From NCBI GenBank assembly GCA_964447175.1, contig CAYURP010000002.1, positions 937 through 64,936 of the forward strand: a stretch of DNA of 64,000 bases, given 5' to 3'. This document shows, piece by piece, positions 37,231 through 46,081 of the stretch. The notes beneath the pieces were generated by a model. The model had not been told where the DNA came from. It was given only the letters and a program-made list of their open reading frames with translations, and did not search any database. The number at the start of each line of letters is the position of its first letter. The first letter of the stretch is position 1. The position numbers and the translations under genes were made by a program. This DNA comes from an uncultured Ignavibacteria bacterium. GTDB lineage: Bacteria > Zixibacteria > MSB-5A5 > SM23-73-2.

Positions 37231-40071
37231 TTAATTTTGCTTATTCTCCTGCTTAATCTTCCCCTCATCGATGATCTGAATAGGTCTGTGGCGAGGCAAA
37301 ACTTTTACTGTGATTTCCCTTTCCTCTCCTGGTTTTAGATCGAGCTGAAACTCCTCTTGCTCCAGGTAATGGTGGGTGGGTAGATTGTAGTCATAAATTT
37401 TCAGCTTCCATTTGCCAGGTCTTATATCTTCAAAGGAAAATCTACCTTTTTCATCTGTAAGTTGACGCAAAACTTCTTCTCCGTCAGTAATCTCTACTAA
37501 AATATTACCTAATCCTCTTCCCTCCCTCAAATCATCATTCTTAGGTTTTTCTTCTTTACCCGGCCCTATCAAAAACAGGCTGTCCTCGGAAATACTAACC
37601 TTATCCTCAAGTTTTTTATCCGAAGGGAGGGCGAAAATTGCTACCCTGCCTGAGAACTTACAAGAGGTTACTACACCAATCTCAGTCGTTATCGTTTCTC
37701 CACCTTTTACCTCTATTATAACAGGCAGTTTCCTGGTGGTAACCCGATTAAATCCGATAGAGGCTTTATCCACTCGCAGGTAGTAGGTTCCTGGCTCAAG
37801 CGAAGGAAAGATGTATCCTCCATTTTCGCGGGTTATCGCAGTTGCTTCATTAGCTGTTAAAATAACTTTTGGAATTGGGGGTTTTTCTGGTTTTTCTTGG
37901 TCATAAACTTTGCCTTTCAGAACTCCAATACTTTTCTTTTTGCTTACAGGAATTCTTAAGGGAATGGTATACATTAAGAGAAATGAGAACTCTCCCTTTT
38001 GCTTCTGTTCATACTTTGACCACTGGCTCCTTAAAACTAAAGCATGGTTATTTGGTAAGGTATAGTTAAGGGTGGAGAAGATATTACTTAGCTTTTGACT
38101 TCCTTCCGAACCAGATTCATCCCTCCGAAAGTTCAGGCTGATGCAAATTTCATCCTTGATATTCCAGGAACCTGAAATATCTATGGTTTTTGTCTTTTTG
38201 GGGCTCCCGGTAAAACTGCTATGTCCAGTTCTTGTGTAAAGACTATATGTTTGCCCGTAACTTGGACGAAAATGAAGATAAAGGCTATATCTTTCTAGAT
38301 TATTATTCTTGGTAGCTAAAAGTCTGTCTTCAAATTCCCCTCTTTCTACGTGGGTGCGGAGGCTGAATTTACCAAAGGTTTGTGCCACTTCTAATTTCAA
38401 TGTTTTTTCTTTGTAATTATAATTAACTGGTAAAACACAATCTTCTCTAATTAAATCTTCATACTTTAAAGAAATGTGTGTGCCAAAAGGAAATGAATAG
38501 AAAGCACTTGCCTGGCGAGACTTTTCCCGGTTAGCTGTCTCCTTAGTAGAGTCAATGTCGAGATTATTTTTGTAAGAGCGGTAGGAGAAATTTCCTCGTA
38601 GTTTACGGTAAATTGGAAAGGTTATTGTGCTACTCTTATAATCAGCATCATTGTAATAACCAAAATAGTTTGGTCCAGCATAAATATTCTCATAAGAGTA
38701 CCGAATCTGGTCAGATAACTGGCCATCCAGGTTTATTCGAAAGGCTAACTCACCAGATTCTTGTTCTCCCTCAGTATCGCAGTAACCCAATTCTAAGTCG
38801 AGATTTAAAGTCTTGGCTAATTCCACTTTTGATTCGAGACTATAGAGCTTCTCATCGTAGCTCCAGGAAGAGGAGGTGGATCTATTCCTTTTGGTCAGGA
38901 AATTTCCTTTTATGTTTAATTTCTTGGTGAATTGATAGCTAAGTGATGTTCCTACCCTTCTAAGCTTTGGTTGTGACCACCTGTTCTCTGCATAAAAAAC
39001 TTTTAATCCATACCTTTCGGGGGAGATATTTGCTTCTAATCCTCTACCATAACAGAATTTCTGGGTTAAAGGAGAAAGGGAATAACTTCCATCACCAAAA
39101 TGTAGCTGTATATCGTCATAGTGGTAACTGAGCCGGTACTCATCTCTTCTCCCGCGTCTGCTTATCTCCTGAATGTCAGGACCCCGAAATAGAAAATCAA
39201 TCCCTCGTTTGCCTTCTTCATCCAAACTACCCCTGCCGGAAAGCTCTGCCTGAAGACCGTTTTTTCCATCCTGGCCTGCACCCATTAATGCCACCTGAGA
39301 AGGCAATATAAGGTAACGACCAAATTCATCGGTTACTTTGGGGATAATCTCAACTAAAACCGTTCGGCTGACAGAAACCACTCCATTGCTTGAGTCTTCT
39401 GTCTCAGCCTTAATCTCAAGAACATTTTTGATTCTCTTTTTTAACTTTGCATCCGTCTCTACTTCAACTTTTAGAACCTGGGACTTTCCAGCTTCCAATG
39501 CTATCACAGGTGGTTTTATGCTAACCGGGTAGGTTGGAGTTGATTTTATTTTGAATCTTAAGTCGATTTTACTATTACCCTTGTTAACCAAACGCAGCAT
39601 TAACCCATAAGCATCTCCAGCAATTACCACCTCCGGTTTTCCTTCCACTAAAATCTCTAACTTCATCACTGGTAACACTACCACCGATATGCTATCACTA
39701 TCTGTGATATTATAATCCCTCTCACTTCTGATGGAATAGCCAATCTGGTAGCGACCGGTAGCACAAGTTTGAGGGACCATGAATGCGACCACCCTAACTC
39801 GTTGCTCTTCCGGCTTTAGTCTAAGAGGAAACTGGTCGGAAATAATCTCCTGCCAACCAGCAGGCAGCTTCAACTCCTCGATAAATTCCTCTTCCCCTTG
39901 GGTCTTGTTGGAAACCAGGAAACTTCCAGTAACGATTCTGCCAGGTTCTATCTCTAAAAGTTCAGGTGAGGTCGATCTTACTTCAACTCCATAACCTCTG
40001 TCTTGGGCAAAGCTTAAAGAGAATAGGAGGGAAATAAAACAAAAGAAGAAAATAAAATCCTTTTTCATCAT
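37231..40071 (-). CDS. large outer-membrane-type protein: N-terminal Ig-like region, central beta-barrel-like region, two C-terminal CarboxypepD_reg-like beta-sandwich domains (usher-like topology?)
   Basis: 946 aa; signal peptide MMKKDFIFFFCFISLLFSLSFAQ. The central ~350 aa are rich in Y/S/T/N/R alternating strands. The C-terminus has GVLKGKVYD...GGYIFPSLEPGTYYLRVD and GRVAIF...GRFSFEDIRPGKWKLKIYDYNL. Last gene of a 4-gene operon. Confidence 0.5.
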   Translation of the reverse strand: MMKKDFIFFFCFISLLFSLSFAQDRGYGVEVRSTSPELLEIEPGRIVTGSFLVSNKTQGEEEFIEELKLPAGWQEIISDQFPLRLKPEEQRVRVVAFMVPQTCATGRYQIGYSIRSERDYNITDSDSISVVVLPVMKLEILVEGKPEVVIAGDAYGLMLRLVNKGNSKIDLRFKIKSTPTYPVSIKPPVIALEAGKSQVLKVEVETDAKLKKRIKNVLEIKAETEDSSNGVVSVSRTVLVEIIPKVTDEFGRYLILPSQVALMGAGQDGKNGLQAELSGRGSLDEEGKRGIDFLFRGPDIQEISRRGRRDEYRLSYHYDDIQLHFGDGSYSLSPLTQKFCYGRGLEANISPERYGLKVFYAENRWSQPKLRRVGTSLSYQFTKKLNIKGNFLTKRNRSTSSSWSYDEKLYSLESKVELAKTLNLDLELGYCDTEGEQESGELAFRINLDGQLSDQIRYSYENIYAGPNYFGYYNDADYKSSTITFPIYRKLRGNFSYRSYKNNLDIDSTKETANREKSRQASAFYSFPFGTHISLKYEDLIREDCVLPVNYNYKEKTLKLEVAQTFGKFSLRTHVERGEFEDRLLATKNNNLERYSLYLHFRPSYGQTYSLYTRTGHSSFTGSPKKTKTIDISGSWNIKDEICISLNFRRDESGSEGSQKLSNIFSTLNYTLPNNHALVLRSQWSKYEQKQKGEFSFLLMYTIPLRIPVSKKKSIGVLKGKVYDQEKPEKPPIPKVILTANEATAITRENGGYIFPSLEPGTYYLRVDKASIGFNRVTTRKLPVIIEVKGGETITTEIGVVTSCKFSGRVAIFALPSDKKLEDKVSISEDSLFLIGPGKEEKPKNDDLREGRGLGNILVEITDGEEVLRQLTDEKGRFSFEDIRPGKWKLKIYDYNLPTHHYLEQEEFQLDLKPGEEREITVKVLPRHRPIQIIDEGKIKQENKQN

Positions 40072-40898
40072 TCAATTCCTAAATCATATTGAGCACCAAA
40101 GACGTATTCATCTCCGTTGTCGACTACTACTAAAGCCCTATACTTCCCTTTTGGAACATCCGTTAAATCAACATCATGCCTTACAGAACAGCCTGGGTAG
40201 ATCCGCTTTTTGTCACTTTCAAGGCGGTTCACCCTTGTTCCCTGGCTGTCGTAGAGTTCTACCCACATTGTGGGAGTAAGCCACCTTTCCCCGATATTTT
40301 CGATATCCATTTGAAGAATTGTTTTCTCATCCTGAATTATCAACTTCTTATCCAAAAACTTAATCTTACGGATTCCAGTATCGCTAATGTGTGTGATCAT
40401 CTGAACACCGTAGCGGATGACCTGCCTTATGCCCAACGCGGGTCTACCTTTCTCTGGCATACTGAACTCGGGTGAACTTTTTGAAATTTCCTCTACCATA
40501 AGCATACTCCAGTAGGTTCCGACCAGAGTCTCATCCTCAGGCACTTTTAAGGTATATTTAACCTCGGATACGTCTTTAGGCGGGATCACCTGCCGATGAG
40601 GGTTAAAGCTAATCCACTGGGCATTGGAGCGCTTATCCATGCCAGGCTCACCATAAATACTTCTGCCATCGTAGAAAAAAAGGTAGTCGGTCTGATAGAG
40701 CTTTACCTCTAAAGGTTCTTCCAGGGGGTTTCGGATAAAGATGACGCCCTCATAAAATTCACCCACTGTGGCTTCTCTTTCCTGGGTCAAGCCACCAACA
40801 ATAATTATCCCGGCCTGAGCTACATTCGGCATCAACAAGCAGGAAAACAAAGCAAAGAAAATAATCTTTCTTTTCAATTTCATAATCTCAACCTCCAA
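40068..40898 (-). CDS. secreted periplasmic protein (candidate chaperone-like/Ig-fold partner)
   Basis: 276 aa; signal peptide ...MPNVAQA. Beta-rich, no recognisable catalytic motif. A 4-nt overlap with the downstream barrel gene and a 1-nt gap to the upstream gene indicate translational coupling. Confidence 0.4.
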   Translation of the reverse strand: MEVEIMKLKRKIIFFALFSCLLMPNVAQAGIIIVGGLTQEREATVGEFYEGVIFIRNPLEEPLEVKLYQTDYLFFYDGRSIYGEPGMDKRSNAQWISFNPHRQVIPPKDVSEVKYTLKVPEDETLVGTYWSMLMVEEISKSSPEFSMPEKGRPALGIRQVIRYGVQMITHISDTGIRKIKFLDKKLIIQDEKTILQMDIENIGERWLTPTMWVELYDSQGTRVNRLESDKKRIYPGCSVRHDVDLTDVPKGKYRALVVVDNGDEYVFGAQYDLGIE

Positions 40899-40899
40899 G

Positions 40900-41379
40900 T
40901 CAAGTTTCGGTAACTGTGTAAATAACCGTGCCTGAATAAGTATCCGGGGTGATTTGTATGGAAACCCCTGTCAAACCACATTGTACACCGACGTTAATTC
41001 TCGTAAGTGAACCAGTAAAGAATTGTTGGTTAGCACCGGCCACTTGCTGCCATGAAGTTCCACCCGAGATTGAACCTGAACCGGTTCCATCGGTGGTTCT
41101 TCTGATGTAAAATGTCACACCGGGAGGCCATTTAGTAACGGCCCCTCTCACAGACACGACCCAGGAAGTGCTTGTATTTTCAATATCTATACCTATTTGA
41201 TCGGTGGCACTTAAATAGGTAGGGTTAAGGTCACTTCCAGCACCAGCTTGTAAATCTGAGGCATCAATAGTCAAAAACCAGCTACCAGTTACGGTAATGT
41301 CAATTGCCTGTATTTTTTCCCATATGGTAATTGACACAAATATAAAGAGCAGGATTAAGAATTTGATTGTTATTCTCAT
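40900..41379 (-). CDS. small secreted Thr/Gly/Ser-rich protein, SCPU (spore-coat-U / sigma-fimbria subunit)-like
   Basis: 159 aa; signal peptide. The C-terminus ...ITPDTYSGTVIYTVTET resembles the (A/P)GxYxDTVTVTV ending recalled for SCPU-domain proteins. Family assignment is from memory. Confidence 0.4.
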   Translation of the reverse strand: MRITIKFLILLFIFVSITIWEKIQAIDITVTGSWFLTIDASDLQAGAGSDLNPTYLSATDQIGIDIENTSTSWVVSVRGAVTKWPPGVTFYIRRTTDGTGSGSISGGTSWQQVAGANQQFFTGSLTRINVGVQCGLTGVSIQITPDTYSGTVIYTVTET

Positions 41380-41437
41380 TTTGTACTTTTTTGGGAAGAG
41401 GGCGGACCTTAAAAGGTCCGCCCATCGCCAAACTTAC

Positions 41438-41926
41438 TTACGGTCCATCTGTAAGGGTGTAGGTAACCGTGTGAACATCACTTCCCGTTCCTTGAGCTGC
41501 GGTAGCACTTGCCGTGTACTGTAAGTCACAGCCGCCAATTGTCGTCCCTATTGCGGTAACAAAATTATTGGCTCCTGTGGTGCTAAGAGTTACTTCGGAC
41601 GCTGCGGTGCCACCAGTGACGTTTTGAGCCAGAACTTTGAGGGTAAAAGTCGGAGCCGCCAGATCGGTTTCCACTGTGATCTTTTTAGTGGCTTCGTTTG
41701 TGGTCCAGTCCAGATCACAGGTGGTATTATCTACTGCGTCATCGGGCTCCTGTCCGGCAGTGGCGGTATTAATAGTCAGGACAAGGTTCCCCCCAGCAAT
41801 AGCAATCTCATTGATCGCTTGAACCTGCACGGTTACCGTGTGGTTGTCGGTGTTTGATGCCATTGCCAGTATGCCCACGGCAAGTACAAGCCCCATCACC
41901 GCCACACCCACAATCAGTTTCTTCAT
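41438..41926 (-). CDS. small secreted Thr/Ala/Gly-rich protein, possible second fibre-subunit-like protein
   Basis: 162 aa; signal peptide MKKLIVGVAVMGLVLAVGILAMA; strong RBS ggagggcgggaggag. Single Cys pair, and the C-terminus ends ...GSDVHTVTYTLTDGP. First gene of the operon. Confidence 0.4.
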   Translation of the reverse strand: MKKLIVGVAVMGLVLAVGILAMASNTDNHTVTVQVQAINEIAIAGGNLVLTINTATAGQEPDDAVDNTTCDLDWTTNEATKKITVETDLAAPTFTLKVLAQNVTGGTAASEVTLSTTGANNFVTAIGTTIGGCDLQYTASATAAQGTGSDVHTVTYTLTDGP

Positions 41927-42380
41927 CTTTCTCCTCCCGCCCTCCTGTGGTTTTTGGTTTCTTAAATTCCTATTACGACATTATCTCTAGGTATCGGGGA
42001 ACTAAGGTGAATCTGATCGGATATGTTCAGGATAATTTAGCTGGTTTTATAGATTTGCTTGTTCCCCACTCCTTCAAATTAACCTTTTGATCACCCGCAC
42101 CTAAAAAATGTAAAAAACTCCCTGTTTAGCACCTTATGATGTAATGCACCTCTTATTAATAACTCATTTTATTTTATCGGCTTAGCTTTAAATACCTTTA
42201 GGAGCTGGATTTAACTTATTCCAGAGGATTATTTTGACAATTTTTTAGAAGGATCAAATAATATTCCTATTGTTCCAGCTTTCAACAAATCATGTAAATG
42301 ATTTAAATTGGACTACTTTTAGATTGATCTTTCTCCGAGCCTGGGAGCCCCATCTACGGGCTCTGTGTAGCCCCCTTTCC

Positions 42381-42411
42381 AATAAAAAAGCCACCCAAAA
42401 ACTTGGGTGGC
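42381..42411 (-). terminator. rho-independent terminator for the sigma-54 activator gene
   Basis: The minus strand reads gccacccaag-ttttt-gggtggc followed by ttttttatt. It lies 20 nt after the stop at 42432. Confidence 0.6.
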
Positions 42412-42431
42412 TTAAATTCAGTTTATTTAGT

Positions 42432-45284
42432 CTATTCTGGTTTTTTGATTTTGTACTGTTTGATCTTGAATCTCAAGGAGGATTCCGGAATATGCAAGGC
42501 GTCTGCTGCGGCGTTTTTCACCCAGTTGCTGTCGATCAATGCCTTAATGATGTATTGACGCTCCCACAATGCTACCCGATCATAAAGGGAAAGCTTCTCC
42601 GAGTGCAAATCGGAGGGCATGGTGAATTTGTCGGAGAGGATGTCCAGACGCGGGGTTTTGGTTTCCCGGTTGAAAGCTAAAAGCCTTTTGACCTCGTTTT
42701 CCAGTTCCCTGACGTTTCCGGGCCAATTGTAATTGGTGAAAAGCTCCAGGATAAGGGGTATCAGATGGGAGAACTTAGATGGATCATCTGAGTAGGTTTT
42801 AATGAAGTGATCAACCAGCAAGGGGATATCCTCTCTTCGATCCTTGAGAGGAGTAAATTTGATATGCACGGCATTCAGCCTGTAGAAAAGATCCATCCGG
42901 AAGCCACCCTGTTGAACCTCCTCCTCCATGTTCTTGTTGGTGGCGGATATTATCCGGATATCTATTTTTCTGGGTTTGGTTTCACCTAACCGGGTTAACT
43001 CTTTATCCTCCAGGACTCTCAGTAGCTTGATCTGAATGGAGGGATGCATGTCTCCGACTTCGTCCAGATACAGAGTCCCTCCGTCCGCTTCCTCCAGAAG
43101 ACCCCTTTTATCGTAAGCAGCACCAGTGTACGCCCCTTTTCTATGCCCGAACAGCTCAGATTCGAATAAGGATTCGGGCAAAGCAGCGCAGTTTACTGGA
43201 ACAAACCTTTGATTTTTCCTGCTGCTGGAATAGTGGATGGCTTTGGCCACAAGATCTTTTCCGGTTCCGGTATCGCCTTCCAGCAATATGGAGATGGAGG
43301 AATCCTTCACCTGTTTCAGCTTCCATAACGTCTTGAGCATATCGCTGTTTTGAGTGATCACATTGGGGAAACAGTATGTGAGCTGGAGCTGTTCCTTCAA
43401 TCTCAGGTTATCTTCCTCCAGTTTCCTTTTCTGGATTTCCACTAATTTCAGGGCAAGGACGTCAGCAAAAGCCACGGCAAAGTTTAGCTGGTTCTGGTTG
43501 AAGGCTGAGCTTTGTTCACCGTTAACCACTCTATCCAGGTAAAGGTGGCCATCTATCTTCTCGCCGGTCTTCAGAGGCACACAGATCAGGCTCTGAATGG
43601 TGTTGCCGTTCTCCAGACTGGCATTGGTCTGGATAAGTGGTTTTTCCAGTTTTTCCTTTTTGTTCTGGAAAAGCTCGGTGAAGATCTCTGTGGCTTTATC
43701 CAGACTGAAGTTGTAGGCTGAGCTTATAGGAAAGTCCTCCTGGTCATTGTTTAAAACCACAAATCCTCTATCAGCAGAAATCCGATGGGCTAAAATCTGA
43801 AGGCTTTCATCCAGGCTTCCAGCTTGAATTCCTTGATATTCACCTTCGCTTAAATCCCTGCGGAACAGCCTGTACTCGTTATCAACTGAGAGACTTTTTT
43901 CACTGATGGCTTTTTCCACCTTGCTCCGCAGAGACAGAATCTGATCAAAGCAATACTGATCTTTTAGTTCGGAGAATATGTTTTGAGCCTGATCCAGCGA
44001 AGAGATAGAGTTATCGAAGTTGTTATTTGCCATTTGAACTTCTGCTCTTTGAATCAGGGTCAGACCAATCCAGTATGGGATTTTCAAACCCTTAAAGATT
44101 CTCTCACTTTCTCTGAGATAATTCAGGCTCTCCTGATGGTCGAAAAGCCTGGATTGAGCAGCTTTAAGAATAGTTTTAGCCAGCTCATATTTAGCTCCGA
44201 TCTCCCTGAAAAGATCGATACCTTTAAGGAAATACTGGGCGGCTTTGGTTTTCTCATCCTTCTGGGTATGAATCTGTCCAAAGAGCCTGTATACCGCACC
44301 CTCTTCCAGTTTGTTGTTCAATGAGAGGGAGACATCCAAAGATTTATTGCAGGAGTTTAATGCCTCCTCCAGTTGGTTTGAACTGAGCTGAAGTTCTGCT
44401 AATAGCCTGAAAGATTGATTAATTATATCACCATCCGGAGCGATCTTCTCTCCAATCTCGATTGCCTTAAGGTAGAATTCTTTTGCTTTTTGGAGCTCCC
44501 GTTTTTCGAATTCCAGCTCTCCGGAATACTCATAATAGATGGCTAACTCTCGGATCAGGTTGTTATTCTCTATTAAAGGTAAAGCTTTGAGATAGGTTTC
44601 CTCAGCTTGGAGGAAGTCCCTCATTAAAAATCTGATATAGCTCAGGGAGAGATAGCAGCGAGCTAAGTTTATCTCGTCTTTTCGATCTGTGTGAATTTTG
44701 ATGGCTGATAAGATGTTTTTCTCTGCTGCGGAGAGCTCCCCGGATCTGATATAGACCACAGCCACGTTTGCCAGAAGGTGAGCCATTACCTTATGGTTAT
44801 TGGTTTTTTCGCAGATGTGGATGCTTTCATTGAGGTATTCGATGGACCTGGAGAATTCGGATCGGATAAAGTAGATATTGGCTAATTTGTTGTATGAATT
44901 GATAATCCCCTCGTAATCCTCGATTCTCCTGTAAGTGGCTATAGCGTCCCTTAGTTCCGCCTCGGCGTTTTTGGAATGGCCCAGCCTGAGATAGGTGTTT
45001 CCCAGGATATAAAGGGTCTGAGCTATTCTTTTGTTTTCCAGGGTGTTTTTGAAGATCTCGTAGGCCTTTTTCCCTTCAGCCAGTGCTTCCTGGTACCTGC
45101 CCAGCCCGTAGAAAGTGGCAGCTAAAAGATAGGATATAGTGCCCCTATCAATAGAATAAGCGTCTTCTTTCAGCTGGGGCAAAATCTCTCTAAGCGCTGC
45201 TAACGCTTGGCTGAACCTGCCCTTCTGAACTAACGCTTCGACCTCTTCTAGCTTTGTATTTAGCTTTAGCATCGTCTTTTTCAC
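42432..45284 (-). CDS. sigma-54-dependent enhancer-binding protein with long N-terminal TPR array and GAF-like domain, C-terminal HTH
   Basis: 950 aa. About 450 aa of TPR repeats, then a GAF-like segment. AAA+ sigma-54 interaction domain: Walker A LEGDTGTGKDLVAKAIH, ESELFGHRKGAYTGA (GAFTGA variant), Walker B LYLDEVGDM. C-terminal Fis-type HTH AAADALHIPESSLRFKIKQYKI. Confidence 0.85.
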   Translation of the reverse strand: MKKTMLKLNTKLEEVEALVQKGRFSQALAALREILPQLKEDAYSIDRGTISYLLAATFYGLGRYQEALAEGKKAYEIFKNTLENKRIAQTLYILGNTYLRLGHSKNAEAELRDAIATYRRIEDYEGIINSYNKLANIYFIRSEFSRSIEYLNESIHICEKTNNHKVMAHLLANVAVVYIRSGELSAAEKNILSAIKIHTDRKDEINLARCYLSLSYIRFLMRDFLQAEETYLKALPLIENNNLIRELAIYYEYSGELEFEKRELQKAKEFYLKAIEIGEKIAPDGDIINQSFRLLAELQLSSNQLEEALNSCNKSLDVSLSLNNKLEEGAVYRLFGQIHTQKDEKTKAAQYFLKGIDLFREIGAKYELAKTILKAAQSRLFDHQESLNYLRESERIFKGLKIPYWIGLTLIQRAEVQMANNNFDNSISSLDQAQNIFSELKDQYCFDQILSLRSKVEKAISEKSLSVDNEYRLFRRDLSEGEYQGIQAGSLDESLQILAHRISADRGFVVLNNDQEDFPISSAYNFSLDKATEIFTELFQNKKEKLEKPLIQTNASLENGNTIQSLICVPLKTGEKIDGHLYLDRVVNGEQSSAFNQNQLNFAVAFADVLALKLVEIQKRKLEEDNLRLKEQLQLTYCFPNVITQNSDMLKTLWKLKQVKDSSISILLEGDTGTGKDLVAKAIHYSSSRKNQRFVPVNCAALPESLFESELFGHRKGAYTGAAYDKRGLLEEADGGTLYLDEVGDMHPSIQIKLLRVLEDKELTRLGETKPRKIDIRIISATNKNMEEEVQQGGFRMDLFYRLNAVHIKFTPLKDRREDIPLLVDHFIKTYSDDPSKFSHLIPLILELFTNYNWPGNVRELENEVKRLLAFNRETKTPRLDILSDKFTMPSDLHSEKLSLYDRVALWERQYIIKALIDSNWVKNAAADALHIPESSLRFKIKQYKIKKPE

Positions 45285-45292
45285 CCATAGAG

Positions 45293-45601
45293 TTATCTGC
45301 TGGCCTTACTCCTTGAATGACGTGAGCGGGTGGACTCAGAACCCTTGGTTTTGACTGGAGTATCCGAAACGGATACCTTGGTAAAAGTGAAAGTGAAATA
45401 GGGAGAAGCCGGTACATAACCTACGGTTACGATGATAACCTTGATGTCATCATCATAATAAGGTGTGCTGCCTGTCTCATTCCAGGGGTCAGCATCCGGG
45501 TCTGGTTTGGGGTCCGTCCCATCATTGGGAAAGGCTGAAACTATAAGGAATAGGAGAAGAAAAACCAGGGTTAAAAGACTTAGGATCTTTTTTGCTTTCA
45601 T
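45293..45601 (-). CDS. small secreted Asp/Pro-rich protein with basic C-terminal tail
   Basis: Start set at MKAKKILSLL... with RBS ggaggagggg. Signal peptide, then PNDGTDPKPDPDADPWNETG, and the C-terminus ends ...TKGSESTRSRHSRSKASR. About 9 nt from the activator gene start. Confidence 0.45.
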   Translation of the reverse strand: MKAKKILSLLTLVFLLLFLIVSAFPNDGTDPKPDPDADPWNETGSTPYYDDDIKVIIVTVGYVPASPYFTFTFTKVSVSDTPVKTKGSESTRSRHSRSKASR

Positions 45602-45934
45602 CTTTCCCCTCCTCCAAAGCGGGATCAAAAGTTTTTACTTTTTTAAAGAACTACTTTATTGGAGGAAATTAAACAAACTCCTCCATTCTAAATTTAATGC
45701 AAAAAAGCTTTTTTGTCAAGCGTTTTTTGCTAATTTCTTATGTTCCAAAAAATTATACGAAAGCTCTTTTAACTGAATTTGAACGAAATAATTAGCAACA
45801 AAAAAACTGATTATGAAATAATTCTGAGTTCTTGAGTTAAAATACTTCATCAAAGGCCACTTTACAGGACTTGAGAAGAATTGCCTGATTCGAGAGATTG
45901 CCACGACCTTCGAGCCCGCAATTACATAGGGTAG

Positions 45935-46028
45935 TCGTAGGAGGGGCTCTCCCGCCTCTACGTGGGTCTGCCTATGGCATGACCAGTCCCGCTGAGAATA
46001 TAGCCCGAGCAAGGGTGCCTGGGCTACG
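45935..46028. repeat. dispersed hairpin-repeat element (family R1: ...ctgcctatggcatgaccag...gcaagggtgcctgggctacg)
   Basis: Same element found inverted at 60588-60651. Partial copies at 49455-49495 and 60676-60709. Confidence 0.6.
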
Positions 46029-46081
46029 AAACGGTCAAAACAATTTCAGATAATGAATTGTATTTTATCTTGAAATTAATC

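Noticed and set aside
41927-42380. Sigma-54 (-24/-12) promoter for the fibre-like operon
   Set aside because: By-eye scanning of the minus strand found no TGGCAC-N5-TTGC match (the nearest was TGGGGA-ACAAG-CAAAT). It is left unannotated pending a PWM scan.
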